Assembly (NCBI GenBank): GCA_031372565.1
Contig: JANMLN010000003.1
Span: forward strand, 1 to 57,760
From: Gemmatimonadota bacterium
GTDB taxonomy: Bacteria > Gemmatimonadota > Gemmatimonadetes > Gemmatimonadales > Gemmatimonadaceae
DNA: 57,760 bases
Reading direction: 5' to 3'
Position 1 is the stretch's first letter, and the number at the start of each line of letters is the position of its first letter. The position numbers were made by a program, and so were the translations under genes. Below are positions 1 to 9,322 of the stretch, one piece after another. Under the pieces are notes generated by a model, which did not search any database, was not told the DNA's origin, and was given only the letters and a program-made list of their open reading frames with translations.

Positions 1-101
1 ATGTTGACGTCGCCGCCGGTCACGCCGGTCACCGACACGGCGTAGACAAAGCCCGCCGCCCGCTCGCCGATCTCGGCCAGGCGCGCATCGGTGCTCGTGG
101 G
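1..101 (-). pseudogene. trpA: Internal fragment of tryptophan synthase alpha chain; 5' part missing, runs off the left edge
   Basis: Reverse translation of 101->1 gives PTSTDARLAEIGERAAGFVYAVSVTGVTGGDVN, matching TrpA motifs (A)PTS...GFVYxVSxxGVTG. Upstream of it lies the repeat array, not the TrpA N-terminus. Confidence 0.75.
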
Positions 102-295
102 CTGCGTCTGCCCTGTCGTCCTGAGCGCAGCGAAGGACCTGCGTCTGCCCTGTCGTCCTGAGCGCAGCGAAGGACCTGCGTCTGCCCTGTCGTCCTGAGC
201 GCAGCGAAGGACCTGCTTCTGCCCTGTCGTCCTGAGCGCAGCGAAGGACCTGCTTCTGCCGTTGTACATCTAGCCGCAGCGAAGGACCTGCTTCT
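102..295. repeat. Tandem array of a 37-bp REP-like unit (4 copies plus a degenerate fifth)
   Basis: Unit ctgc(g/t)tctgccctgtcgtcctgagcgcagcgaaggac starts at 102, 139, 176 and 213; no unique spacers. Confidence 0.95.
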
Positions 296-300
296 CGCGG

Positions 301-630
301 CTACCGCGCCAACGCCTTCTGCCGCTGTCTCGTCTCGCGCTCCAATCGCCCGCACACCAGATCGCAGAGCTTCAGCACGTCATTATCCGCCAGCGCGTAG
401 TAGCTGTACAACCCGTCCTTCCGCTGCGCGACCACCCCGGCGGCGTGCAGCACCTGCAGGTGCTTCGAGAGGTTGGCCTGCCCGAGCCCGGTCGCGTCCA
501 CCAGCTCGCTCACGGAGCGCTCGCCCGACCGCAGCTCGTAGAGCACCTGCAGGCGCGCCGGCTCCGCGAACGCCTTGAAGCGGTCGGCGACGATCGCGAG
601 CAACTCGGGGGTCATGCGGGCAGGTGGCAT
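301..630 (-). CDS. ArsR/SmtB family transcriptional regulator
   Basis: FKAFAEPARLQVL...SVSELV...GQANLSKHLQVL...RKDGLYSYY winged HTH; C-terminal LCDLVC. Start taken at ATG 630. Confidence 0.9.
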   Translation of the reverse strand: MPPARMTPELLAIVADRFKAFAEPARLQVLYELRSGERSVSELVDATGLGQANLSKHLQVLHAAGVVAQRKDGLYSYYALADNDVLKLCDLVCGRLERETRQRQKALAR

Positions 631-703
631 GGAGAGTCCGGGGTCCGGGCAGCGGGTGACTATATCGGATTCTAGTGATACAGGCATGGGGCAGCCACCC
701 CGC

Positions 704-910
704 TCACAGCGCGCGTGACCGACAACCGAACCAGCCGGCCTTGCCGAGCATGATCTCCAGCGGGCAGAATGCCGTCCAGCTCGACTGCACGAGGTTGAAC
801 CCCACGAACGCGGTGAAGGCGTAGAACCACGGGCTCACGGTCGCGCCGAGCAACACCGAGCCGAGGACGAAGAAGCCGGCGACGCGGCGGATGATGACGT
901 CAGGACACAT
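704..910 (-). CDS. DUF2892 (YgaP-like) small membrane protein
   Basis: Two hydrophobic helices and FVGFNLVQSSWTAFCPL motif; overlaps the RND stop. Confidence 0.85.
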   Translation of the reverse strand: MCPDVIIRRVAGFFVLGSVLLGATVSPWFYAFTAFVGFNLVQSSWTAFCPLEIMLGKAGWFGCRSRAL

Positions 911-3900
911 GGTCGATGATCTCGGGAAGGAAGGGATCGGTGCCCGGCACGTCCGGGTCGGCCGTGGGCGCCTGGCGACGCGCCAGTTCCCAGTACAGGA
1001 GCGGTACCACCACCATCGTGAGCAGGGTAGCCACGACCGCGCCGCTCATGAGCGCCACGGCGAGTCCCTGGAAGATCGGATCGAGCACCATCACGAGTCC
1101 GCCCACCACCACGGCGGCCGCCGTGAGCGCGATCGGGCGGAACCGCACCGCGCCGGCCTCGAGTACCGCGTCGCGCAGCGAACGCCCGCGCGCCTCGGCC
1201 AGCTGGATGAAGTCCACCAGCAGGATCGAGTTGCGCACGATGATGCCTGCCAGCGCGATCATCCCGATCATGCTCGTGGCGGTGAAGAATGCGCCGAACA
1301 GCGCGTGGCCGGGCAGGATGCCGATCAGCGTCAGCGGAATCGGCGCCATGATCACGAGCGGTACGGTGAACGACTCGAACCAGCCGACCACCAGCACGTA
1401 GATGAGCACGAGCACCACGGCGAACGCGATCCCCAGGTCGCGGAACACCTCGATGGTCACCTGCCACTCGCCGTCCCACTTGAGGGCGAGTTCATCCGTG
1501 CGCTCGGGCTGCGCCGCGTTGTAGCGCGCGATCTTCACGCCCCGGATGCGCAGCGTGTCGAGCGCCTGGTTCATGGCCATGATGGCGTACACCGGCGCCT
1601 CGATCTTCCCCGCCACGTCACCCGTCACGTAGATCACCGGGCGCTGGTTGCGGCGCATGCGGAGTTCCTCGCGCAGGTGCGACACCACGTGCACGAACGC
1701 CCCCAGGGGCTGGGGACCCGTGGCCGTCGCCACCGGAATCGCGAGCAGTGCCTCGCGCGACGAGCGCGCATCCACGGCCAGGCGCGCGGCGACCGTGAGC
1801 GGCTCGCGCGCACTCGAGCTCGCAGCGAGCACCACAGGCGGACCGGAGAGCGCCATCGCCAAGGTCTGCGCGATCTGCTCCACGCCGGCACCCGCGGCCG
1901 CGGCGCGCACGCGATCCAGTTGGAATGCCTCCGTCGCCTGTGGTGCCACCACGGTCCAGTCGACGTCCACGACGCCCGCCGTATGCTCGAACACACGCTT
2001 GACTGCCAGCGCCGCCTCAAGCCGTTCGCTGTCGGTGCCGGCATAGATCTCCGCCACCAGCGTGCTCAAGACCGGCGGACCCGGCGGAATCTCCGCCACC
2101 TTGGCCGACGCACCGTATCGCCGCGCAATCGCCTCCACCCCCGGACGCACCGACACCGCGATGGCGTGGCTCTGGCGCGACCGTTCGCCCTTGGGCGCGA
2201 GGTTCACCTGCACGTCGGCCACGTTCGCGCCACTGCGCAGGAAGTAGTGGCGCACGAGACCGTTGAAGTTGACCGGCGCCGCCGTGCCTGCGTACGTCTC
2301 CGTGCTCCGTACCTCGGCGACCGTGCGCAGGTACGCCGCGATCTCCGACGCGGCGGCGTTGGTTGTCTCCAGCGTCGTGCCCTCCGGCAGATCCAGCACG
2401 ACCTGGAACTCCGACTTGTTGTCGAAGGGGAGCATCTTGACCTGCACCGCCTTCACGAACACGAGCGCGATCGATCCCAGCAGGAGCACCACCACGCCGG
2501 CGTAGAGCTGCGTGCGGCGGCGCGGCTGATCGAGCAGCGGCAGCATCACCTTGCGATACAGCTGCCCCATGCGTCCGCCCTCTTCCTCCTCGTGCGCACG
2601 GTCGTGCGGCGGCCCCTTGGGCACGTGCCCCTTGAGCAGCTTGTACGCGAGCCAGGGGGTCACGATGAACGCCACGCCAAGCGACGCGAGCATCGCCACG
2701 CTCGCCCCCACCGGAATCGGGCGCATGTACGGCCCCATCATCCCGGAGACGAACGCCATCGGCAGGATCGCCGCCACGACCGTGAACGTCGCGAGAATGG
2801 TCGGGTTGCCGACTTCATCCACCGCCTCGATGGCGGCCTCGTCCGGCGCACGATCTCCCATGCGCATGTGCCGGAACATGTTCTCGACCACCACGATCGC
2901 ATCATCCACCAGGATGCCGATCGAGAAAATGAGCGCGAACAACGTGATCCGGTTGAGCGAGTAGCCCATCGCGTAGTACGTGAAGAGCGTGAGCGCGAGC
3001 GTCACCGGCACGGCCAGCAGCACCACCGCCGCTTCGCGCCAACCGAGGAAGAACCCGACCAGCGCCGTCACCGAAAGCGTGGCGATCAGCAGGTGCAGGA
3101 TCAGCTCACGCGCCTTCTCCCCCGCGGTCTCGCCGTAGTCGCGCGTCACCGACACGGTCACGTTCGGCGGCACCACGCGCCCCTTCGCCGCCTCGACGCG
3201 CTCGAGGACGGTCGCCGTCACGGACGTCGCATTGGCCCCGGGCCGCTTGGCGACGCTGATCGTCACCGCGCGCTCGGCCGCCCCCTTCCCCTCCGCATGC
3301 GACACGTACGTCGTGTTCTCGGCGAAGTCATCCGTCACCGTCGCGACATCGCGGATGGCCACGGCACCCCCGCGCGATGACACGATCACGGCACCCACAT
3401 CGGAGGCGGTCGCGAGCGGAGCACCGGCCTCGACGCGCACGACGGTGTTGCCGCGGGCGAACTCGCCAGCCTGCACGCGCGCGTTCGCGCTGCGCAGCGC
3501 CACGAACAGCTCGCCCGGACTGACCCCCGCCGCTGCGAGCCGCGCCGGATCCATCGTCACGCGTAGCTGGCGCGGCGAGCCGCCGATCACGCGCGTCGTG
3601 GACACATCCGGCACGCTGCGCACCTCGTCCTCGAGACGTACCGCGACCTGCCGCAGCTGATTCGGGTCCATGTCCCGCGCGTGCAACGTGAGCGCAAGCA
3701 CCGGCACGTCGTCGATCGCGTGCGGTTGCACGAGCGGCGGCATCGCGCCAGGAGGCGCTTCATCCATGGCCGACGCGAGCTTGGCCTGCACCTTCGTGAT
3801 GCTCGCCTCCTGATTCTCGCCGACCTTGAAGCGCACGGTCACCAGCGCGAGGCCGTCCATGGCCGTGCTGTAGACGTGCTCGACGCCCGACAGTTCCTGC

Positions 3901-4127
3901 ATGCGCCGCTCGATCGGACGCACGAGTCGCTGTTCCACTTCCGACGGCGACGCCCCCGGCAACTGCGCCATCACGTCGATCATCGGGACGGAGATCTGCG
4001 GCTCCTCCTCGCGTGGCGTGGCCATCAAGCCGAGCCCGCCGGCCGCGAGCGACGCGAGGGCGATGAGCGGCGTGAGGCGCGACTTGAGGAAGGCTGCGGC
4101 GATGCGGCCTGCGATGCCCCGCGTCAT
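900..4127 (-). CDS. RND efflux transporter permease (AcrB/CusA superfamily)
   Basis: 1075 aa; PREEEPQI, IGILVDDAIVVVEN, GIIVRNSILLVDF and RFRPIALT motifs. Confidence 0.95.
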   Translation of the reverse strand: MTRGIAGRIAAAFLKSRLTPLIALASLAAGGLGLMATPREEEPQISVPMIDVMAQLPGASPSEVEQRLVRPIERRMQELSGVEHVYSTAMDGLALVTVRFKVGENQEASITKVQAKLASAMDEAPPGAMPPLVQPHAIDDVPVLALTLHARDMDPNQLRQVAVRLEDEVRSVPDVSTTRVIGGSPRQLRVTMDPARLAAAGVSPGELFVALRSANARVQAGEFARGNTVVRVEAGAPLATASDVGAVIVSSRGGAVAIRDVATVTDDFAENTTYVSHAEGKGAAERAVTISVAKRPGANATSVTATVLERVEAAKGRVVPPNVTVSVTRDYGETAGEKARELILHLLIATLSVTALVGFFLGWREAAVVLLAVPVTLALTLFTYYAMGYSLNRITLFALIFSIGILVDDAIVVVENMFRHMRMGDRAPDEAAIEAVDEVGNPTILATFTVVAAILPMAFVSGMMGPYMRPIPVGASVAMLASLGVAFIVTPWLAYKLLKGHVPKGPPHDRAHEEEEGGRMGQLYRKVMLPLLDQPRRRTQLYAGVVVLLLGSIALVFVKAVQVKMLPFDNKSEFQVVLDLPEGTTLETTNAAASEIAAYLRTVAEVRSTETYAGTAAPVNFNGLVRHYFLRSGANVADVQVNLAPKGERSRQSHAIAVSVRPGVEAIARRYGASAKVAEIPPGPPVLSTLVAEIYAGTDSERLEAALAVKRVFEHTAGVVDVDWTVVAPQATEAFQLDRVRAAAAGAGVEQIAQTLAMALSGPPVVLAASSSAREPLTVAARLAVDARSSREALLAIPVATATGPQPLGAFVHVVSHLREELRMRRNQRPVIYVTGDVAGKIEAPVYAIMAMNQALDTLRIRGVKIARYNAAQPERTDELALKWDGEWQVTIEVFRDLGIAFAVVLVLIYVLVVGWFESFTVPLVIMAPIPLTLIGILPGHALFGAFFTATSMIGMIALAGIIVRNSILLVDFIQLAEARGRSLRDAVLEAGAVRFRPIALTAAAVVVGGLVMVLDPIFQGLAVALMSGAVVATLLTMVVVPLLYWELARRQAPTADPDVPGTDPFLPEIIDHVS

Positions 4128-5155
4128 GTGGCCCTCTCGCGCGGGACGAGCAGGCGATCACCAGCCCGCACGCCAGAGATGATCTCCACGACGCCGCCCA
4201 CGGTGCGTCCGACCTTGACCCAGCGCAGTTCGCTGCCCGTTTCGGTCACCACCCGCACACCGGACAGGTCGCCGTCCGTCACGATGGCAGCCACCGGCAC
4301 GACCATCGCACTGTGGCGGCCCATCGGGATCGCGAGCGAGGCCGCACCGCCGGAGAGCAGCGCACGATTCGCGTTGTCGACAAGCGCGTTGACCGTGTAG
4401 ACGCCGCCCGCGCTCGACGGCACAACGCCTTCGATGGTTGCGCGGACCGCATGCCCTTCGACGCGCGCCTCGATCGTGCGTCCGGTGCGGAGGCTGGCGG
4501 CCGCGTCTGCCGTCACCGCAGCCGTCACGCGCAACCGCCGCGCATCCTCGACGATCAGGAGCGGCGCACCCGGTGCCGCCATCGCGCCCGGATCCACCGA
4601 ACGGCGCGTCACCACGCCGTCGAACGGCGCGCGCAGTTCGGCATACGCGCGCATCGCGGCGACCTCCGCCGCGCCCGCCCGCGCGGCACCGAGCCCCGCC
4701 GTCGCACGAGCCAGCCCCGTCTCCGCTGCTTCGAGCATGGCCCGTGGCGCCGCACTGTCCGCAAAGAGGGCGCGCATCCTCACGGCCTGGCGCTGTGCGT
4801 CCGCCTGCATCGCTTCCGCATCAGCCACCGAGGCGCTCACCTGCGCCCGCTTGGCGTCGAGCTCGCGCGCGTCGAGGCGAAGGAGCAGCTGGCCGCGCGC
4901 CACGCGGTCGCCTTCGTGCACCAGCACGTCCGTGACCGTCGCCATGAGGCGCGTGGCGAGGACCGCACGCTCGATGGGCGCGGCCATGCCGCCAGCGTCG
5001 AGAATGGCCTCCATGGTCGTGTCACGCACGCGCACCTCGAAGGTGCCGGACTCGACCCGCGCGCCGGCGGGGGGCGCCTCCGCCGCCTTCGGGTCGGCGC
5101 ACGCGGCGGCGGCCACGAAGAGGGCGAGATGGGAGAGAACGCGGGGCGATGGCAT
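4124..5155 (-). CDS. RND periplasmic adaptor (membrane fusion protein), lipoprotein
   Basis: Lipobox AAAC; VHEGDRVARGQLLLRLD and LRAPFDGVV lipoyl motifs; 4-bp overlap with the RND gene. Confidence 0.93.
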   Translation of the reverse strand: MPSPRVLSHLALFVAAAACADPKAAEAPPAGARVESGTFEVRVRDTTMEAILDAGGMAAPIERAVLATRLMATVTDVLVHEGDRVARGQLLLRLDARELDAKRAQVSASVADAEAMQADAQRQAVRMRALFADSAAPRAMLEAAETGLARATAGLGAARAGAAEVAAMRAYAELRAPFDGVVTRRSVDPGAMAAPGAPLLIVEDARRLRVTAAVTADAAASLRTGRTIEARVEGHAVRATIEGVVPSSAGGVYTVNALVDNANRALLSGGAASLAIPMGRHSAMVVPVAAIVTDGDLSGVRVVTETGSELRWVKVGRTVGGVVEIISGVRAGDRLLVPRERAT

Positions 5156-6570
5156 CAGTCGTGCTCCTTGGACGGACTGGAGAGGAGTGAAGTCGTATCG
5201 AGCAGCTCGAGCGTGCCGGGGTCGCGGCCAGCGGCGAGACGGCGCGCGGCAAGCGCAGCGACCAGATCGAAGCGGGCCTTGGCGAGGCCGAGCGCGGTGG
5301 CGGTTTCTGCCGCCTGTGCATCGAGCAGCTCGCTCACGGTCGCCAGGCCGCCCTGATAACGGCGCTCGACGATGCGATGGGCGTCGGCGCCCTGCGTCGC
5401 GCTCCGTTCCGCGAGCGTGAGGCGCTCGAGAGCCACGCTGGCTGCACGCTCGGCGTCGTCACGTTCGAGCCGTGCACGCGCGCTCACACCATCGGCCATC
5501 GCGCGCGCTGCAGCCTCGTGACCACGCGCGATCCGCTGGTCGGCCATCGTGCTGCCACCGTTCAGGAGCGCCCACGAGGCGAGCAGGCCCACCGTCCACG
5601 CGGGCTGCCCGGCAAAGGGGGTCGTCCGGTCGTTCCAGTCGTAGCGGGCGAAGCCGTTCACGCGTGGCAAGGCGCCGGCGCGCGCCCGGCGGCTGTCGGC
5701 CTGTGCCGCATCGGCAGCGAGGCGCGCGGCGTCTTCATCCGCGCGCATCTCGCTGGCGGCGCTGCGCTCGACAGCCGCAGCGAGGCGCAGCGCCTCGGCG
5801 GTTGGCAGCGTGCCAGTCGGCGAGACGAGCGTACCGCCCCGTTCGCCGACGAGGACACCAAGGGATTGGCGCGCCGACCGGGCACCGGCGGTGGCGTCGA
5901 GCAGCTGCGACTCGATGTCCCCCGCGCGCACCCCGGCGAGCAACGCGTCGCTTGACGTCACCACGCCGTTCCGGTGCAGGGCCTCCGCCTGGGCGACATG
6001 CGCACGCGCAGCCGCGAGCGCCTCGGCGAGCGTGCGCACCCGTTCGTCCGCAAACGAGGCACCGAACCAGGCGCGCACGACGTCCGCGCGCGTCGCGAGA
6101 CGGGCCCAGCTCTCGGCGGCGCGTGCCGACTGGGCGGCATCCGTGGCGGCGCGACGGGCGGCCCAGGCGTCCATGTTGAGCAGCGGGATCTCCGCCGCGA
6201 TCGCCCCCGAGACGTTGGCCGCGACACCGGGGTAGTTGAGCGTGGCGGGGTTGAAATCGGACGCCGTCAGACGGCGCTGGCGCAGGAGGGTGCCGAAGGC
6301 GCCGATCGGGTCGGTGGTCTGCACGAGACCGGCGTCGACGTGGAGCGACGGGAGGATGCCCTTGAGGGGGAGCAGCGCCCGGGCCTCCTGCGTGGCGCGC
6401 TGGGCCACGGCAGCGCGGGTGCCGAACGCGGCCGAGTCGGCGCGGCGGAGGGCATCGCGGAGCGGGAGCCGCTCGGCGCGTGGCGCGCCCTGTGCGACCA
6501 CCGTCTGTGCAACGAGCGCGAGCACGGCGAGCGGAGCGGCCACGGGGCGACGGCGGAGAGAGTCATACAT
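5155..6570 (-). CDS. TolC family outer membrane efflux protein
   Basis: Signal peptide; two OEP repeats; RYQGGLATVSELLDAQ motif. Confidence 0.9.
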   Translation of the reverse strand: MYDSLRRRPVAAPLAVLALVAQTVVAQGAPRAERLPLRDALRRADSAAFGTRAAVAQRATQEARALLPLKGILPSLHVDAGLVQTTDPIGAFGTLLRQRRLTASDFNPATLNYPGVAANVSGAIAAEIPLLNMDAWAARRAATDAAQSARAAESWARLATRADVVRAWFGASFADERVRTLAEALAAARAHVAQAEALHRNGVVTSSDALLAGVRAGDIESQLLDATAGARSARQSLGVLVGERGGTLVSPTGTLPTAEALRLAAAVERSAASEMRADEDAARLAADAAQADSRRARAGALPRVNGFARYDWNDRTTPFAGQPAWTVGLLASWALLNGGSTMADQRIARGHEAAARAMADGVSARARLERDDAERAASVALERLTLAERSATQGADAHRIVERRYQGGLATVSELLDAQAAETATALGLAKARFDLVAALAARRLAAGRDPGTLELLDTTSLLSSPSKEHD

Positions 6571-6605
6571 ATTATATAACTATATAGTTGATTATCTATT
6601 GTCAA
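6571..6605 (-). promoter_or_regulatory. Candidate sigma70 promoter overlapping a palindromic operator upstream of tolC
   Basis: TTGACA on the minus strand (6605-6600); AT-rich island with perfect palindrome AACTATATAGTT (6578-6589) close to the ATG. The -10 element is ambiguous. Confidence 0.6.
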
Positions 6606-6736
6606 GTCGCCCGCCTGAGGTACGGAACATGCCCGACCGCCTGTCAGGGGAACCCGTCTGGCGGCAGTATATTATTACATTACCATACACTCATATATCG
6701 GTCCGCCCTCCCTTCCGTCCTTCTCCGGAGTCTCGC

Positions 6737-6943
6737 ATGTCCGCCACGTCATTCACCAACGAAGGCCCGCTTGATCGTACCCTCCGCGTCGCACTCGGCC
6801 TCGGCCTCCTCGCCCTCGTCTTCACCGGCCCGCACACCCCGTGGGGCTACGTCGGCCTCGTGCCGTTGATGACCGGCCTCGTCGGCATGTGCCCGCTGTA
6901 CAAGGTGCTCGGCATCAACACCTGCCCGGCGCCCAAGCGCTGA
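6737..6943 (+). CDS. DUF2892 small membrane protein, divergent from the RND operon
   Basis: GGAG RBS at 6727-6730; NEGPLDRTLRVALG...GLVPLMTGLVGMCPLYKVLGINTC motif. Confidence 0.9.
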   Translation: MSATSFTNEGPLDRTLRVALGLGLLALVFTGPHTPWGYVGLVPLMTGLVGMCPLYKVLGINTCPAPKR

Positions 6944-7006
6944 GGCCGGGGCGCTCGGAGCTGGGGGAGCGTGCGGAGGGCGGCGCGGCGCAGCATCTTT
7001 CCCCCC

Positions 7007-7077
7007 GTCGTCCTGAGCGCATGTCGTCCTGAGCGCAGCGAAGGACCTGCTTCTCCCGTTGTACATCCAGCCGCAGC
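7007..7077. repeat. REP-like repeat (partial plus full copy)
   Basis: gtcgtcctgagcgca followed by tgtcgtcctgagcgcagcgaaggacctgcttct; 7022-7077 matches 225-280 at 54/56 positions. Confidence 0.9.
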
Positions 7078-7130
7078 TCACCAAGCGGCTGCTTGCACGC
7101 GCGCCCTCGCCCTCCCCCACACGCCCCCTC

Positions 7131-9242
7131 ATGCGCCGCCTCGCCCTCACGCTCCTCCTCGCCTCACCCCTTGGCGCGCAGCAGGCCTCCCTCCCCGGCT
7201 TCTCCTCCGCCAGCTCCACCGCCGAGCGCGCCGCCGAGGCCGACGTCATCAAGCGACCCACCGCGGCAGCCGCGCGCGTCCTCTCGCGCGATCTCTCCAA
7301 GGAACCGCACGTCGCCGGCACGCCGGCCCAAGCCCGCACGCGCGATTACGCCATCAACCTCATGAAGTCGTGGGGCCTCGAAACTGAGGTCCGCACCTAC
7401 GACATCTGGCTGCCGCACCCCGTGCGCGTGCGCGCCTGGCGCGTCTCACCCAACCAGAAGGCGCTCGCACTCGACGAGCCGAAGATCGCCGGCGACCCCA
7501 CCTCGCAGCTGCCGCAGTATCCCACCGTCAACGGCTTCTCGGGCGCTGGCGACGTGACCGGCGACGTGGTGTACGTGAACTATGGCCTCATCGAGGACTA
7601 CGCCCAGCTCGACGCCGTCGGCGTCTCCGTCAGCGGCAAGATCGTCATTGCCCGCTACGGCCGCTCGTTCCGCGGCATCAAGGCGCGCGAAGCGCAGAAG
7701 CGCGGCGCGCTGGGGCTCATCATCTACTCCGATCCCGCCGAGGACGGCTACGTGCGCGGCGACGTCTATCCCGACGGCCCGTGGCGTCCGGCAACGGGGG
7801 TGCAGCGTGGATCCGTGTTCAACGGCGCCGGCGATCCCACCACGCCAGGCTGGCCGAGCACGCCGGGCGCCAGGCGTCTGACTCCCGCAGAGAGCGACGC
7901 GCCCAAGATCCCCGTCATTCCCATGAGCTACGGGAATGCGAGCGAACTCCTCAAGGGGTTGAAGGGAGCCAAGCTTCCCGCGCAGGGCTGGCAGGGCGGC
8001 TTGCCCTTCCGCTATCACGTCGGCCCCGGCCCTGTGAAAGCGCGAATCGAAGTGGTCAACGACGCGCCCGGCAAGCAGCGCAAGGACGTGTTCAACACCT
8101 TCGGCATCGTGCGCGGCAGCGAGTTCCCCGACGAGATCGTGATGATCGGCGGGCATCGGGACGGCTGGGGCGCGGGTACCGAAGACAACGTGAGCGGCAC
8201 CGCCGCCGTGCTCGAAGCCGCGCGCGCTGTGGCCGAGCTGACCAGGACGGGATGGCGCCCGAAGCGCACGCTCATGTTCGCGACATGGGACGCCGAAGAG
8301 TGGGGCTTGATCGGCTCGAGTGAGTATGTGGAGGATGACTCGCTTCGCCTGATGAAGGGGGGCGTCGCGTACTTCAACATGGACGTCGCGGCGAGCGGTC
8401 CGAACTTCGGCGGTGGGGGCTCGCCGTCGCTTCGGCAGACGCTCCGCGACGTGGCGAAGATCGTGCCGCAGCCGGGCGGTACCGGCTCCGTCTATGATGC
8501 GTGGCGCAAGAACGCCAACCTCGCCAGCGCGACCGACGAACCTGCGATGGGCGACCCGGGCGGCGGCTCCGACTTCGCCGGCTTCTACAATCACATCGGC
8601 ATGCCGATCGCCGACTGGGGCTTTGGCGGCACGGGCGGCGGCATCTACCACTCGGCCTACGATACGCACGCGTGGATGTCGCGCTTCGGCGACACGAGCT
8701 TCGTGTTCCACGCGGCCGCCGCGAGCATCGGTGCGGCCATGATGCTGCGCTTGGCGCAGGCGGACCTGCATCCGTACGACTACGTGGAGTTCGCGCGCAC
8801 GATGCGCCGCTACTACGGCCCGATCGACAAGGGGTTTGCGGCCAAGGGGTGGAAGGGCGACGGTACCCCGCCGACGTCAGGGCTCGCGGCCGCGGTTGAT
8901 CGTTTCGAGGCCGCGGCTGCTGCCTGGGCCAGGTCGCGCGACTCGGTGCTCGCCGCCGGTTCGCCGAGCAACAGCGTGCTCACGAGCACCAACGCTCGGC
9001 TTCGCGACGTCGAGCGAGCGCTCACGCGCGCCGAGGGGTTGGTGGGGCGCCCGTGGTATCGCAACCTGATCTACGTGGCCGACGTCGATAACGGCTATGC
9101 GAACATGGTGTTTCCGAGCGTGAACGAAGCCATCCGGTACGCGGACGAGGCCAAGACGCGGCGCGAGCTCGCGGATCTGGCCGCACGGTTCGATGCGGCG
9201 TCGAAGAAGCTGGCCGAGGCCAGGGCCGCCCTGTCGCCCTGA
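7131..9242 (+). CDS. Secreted M28 metallopeptidase (glutamate carboxypeptidase II-like; PA and TfR-dimer domains)
   Basis: Signal peptide; PHVAGT, VYVNYG, ARYG, GGHRDGW, DNVSG, WDAEEWGLIGS, GSD and YHSAYD motifs. Confidence 0.93.
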   Translation: MRRLALTLLLASPLGAQQASLPGFSSASSTAERAAEADVIKRPTAAAARVLSRDLSKEPHVAGTPAQARTRDYAINLMKSWGLETEVRTYDIWLPHPVRVRAWRVSPNQKALALDEPKIAGDPTSQLPQYPTVNGFSGAGDVTGDVVYVNYGLIEDYAQLDAVGVSVSGKIVIARYGRSFRGIKAREAQKRGALGLIIYSDPAEDGYVRGDVYPDGPWRPATGVQRGSVFNGAGDPTTPGWPSTPGARRLTPAESDAPKIPVIPMSYGNASELLKGLKGAKLPAQGWQGGLPFRYHVGPGPVKARIEVVNDAPGKQRKDVFNTFGIVRGSEFPDEIVMIGGHRDGWGAGTEDNVSGTAAVLEAARAVAELTRTGWRPKRTLMFATWDAEEWGLIGSSEYVEDDSLRLMKGGVAYFNMDVAASGPNFGGGGSPSLRQTLRDVAKIVPQPGGTGSVYDAWRKNANLASATDEPAMGDPGGGSDFAGFYNHIGMPIADWGFGGTGGGIYHSAYDTHAWMSRFGDTSFVFHAAAASIGAAMMLRLAQADLHPYDYVEFARTMRRYYGPIDKGFAAKGWKGDGTPPTSGLAAAVDRFEAAAAAWARSRDSVLAAGSPSNSVLTSTNARLRDVERALTRAEGLVGRPWYRNLIYVADVDNGYANMVFPSVNEAIRYADEAKTRRELADLAARFDAASKKLAEARAALSP

Positions 9243-9308
9243 GCGAAGCGACGGAGCCGCCTGTGTCGGTCGGCAAGAAGCAGGTCTTTCGTTTCGCTCA
9301 AGACGACA
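9232..9308. repeat. Degenerate palindromic REP-like element overlapping the M28 stop codon
   Basis: Inverted arms tgtcgccctgagcgaagcga ... tcgtttcgctcaagacgaca. Confidence 0.85.
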
Positions 9309-9322
9309 ATTAGATTCCCGCC

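Noticed and set aside
102..295. CRISPR array
   Set aside because: Units are contiguous with no unique spacers, the same core is dispersed as hairpins, and no cas genes are present.
29..355. 108-aa ORF across the repeat array
   Set aside because: It is a translation of the repeat itself, not a credible gene.
891..3380. Long antisense ORFs (also 15280-17013, 20425-22164, 43947-45998, 53596-55392 and others)
   Set aside because: Shadow frames of real high-GC genes; they show no family motifs.
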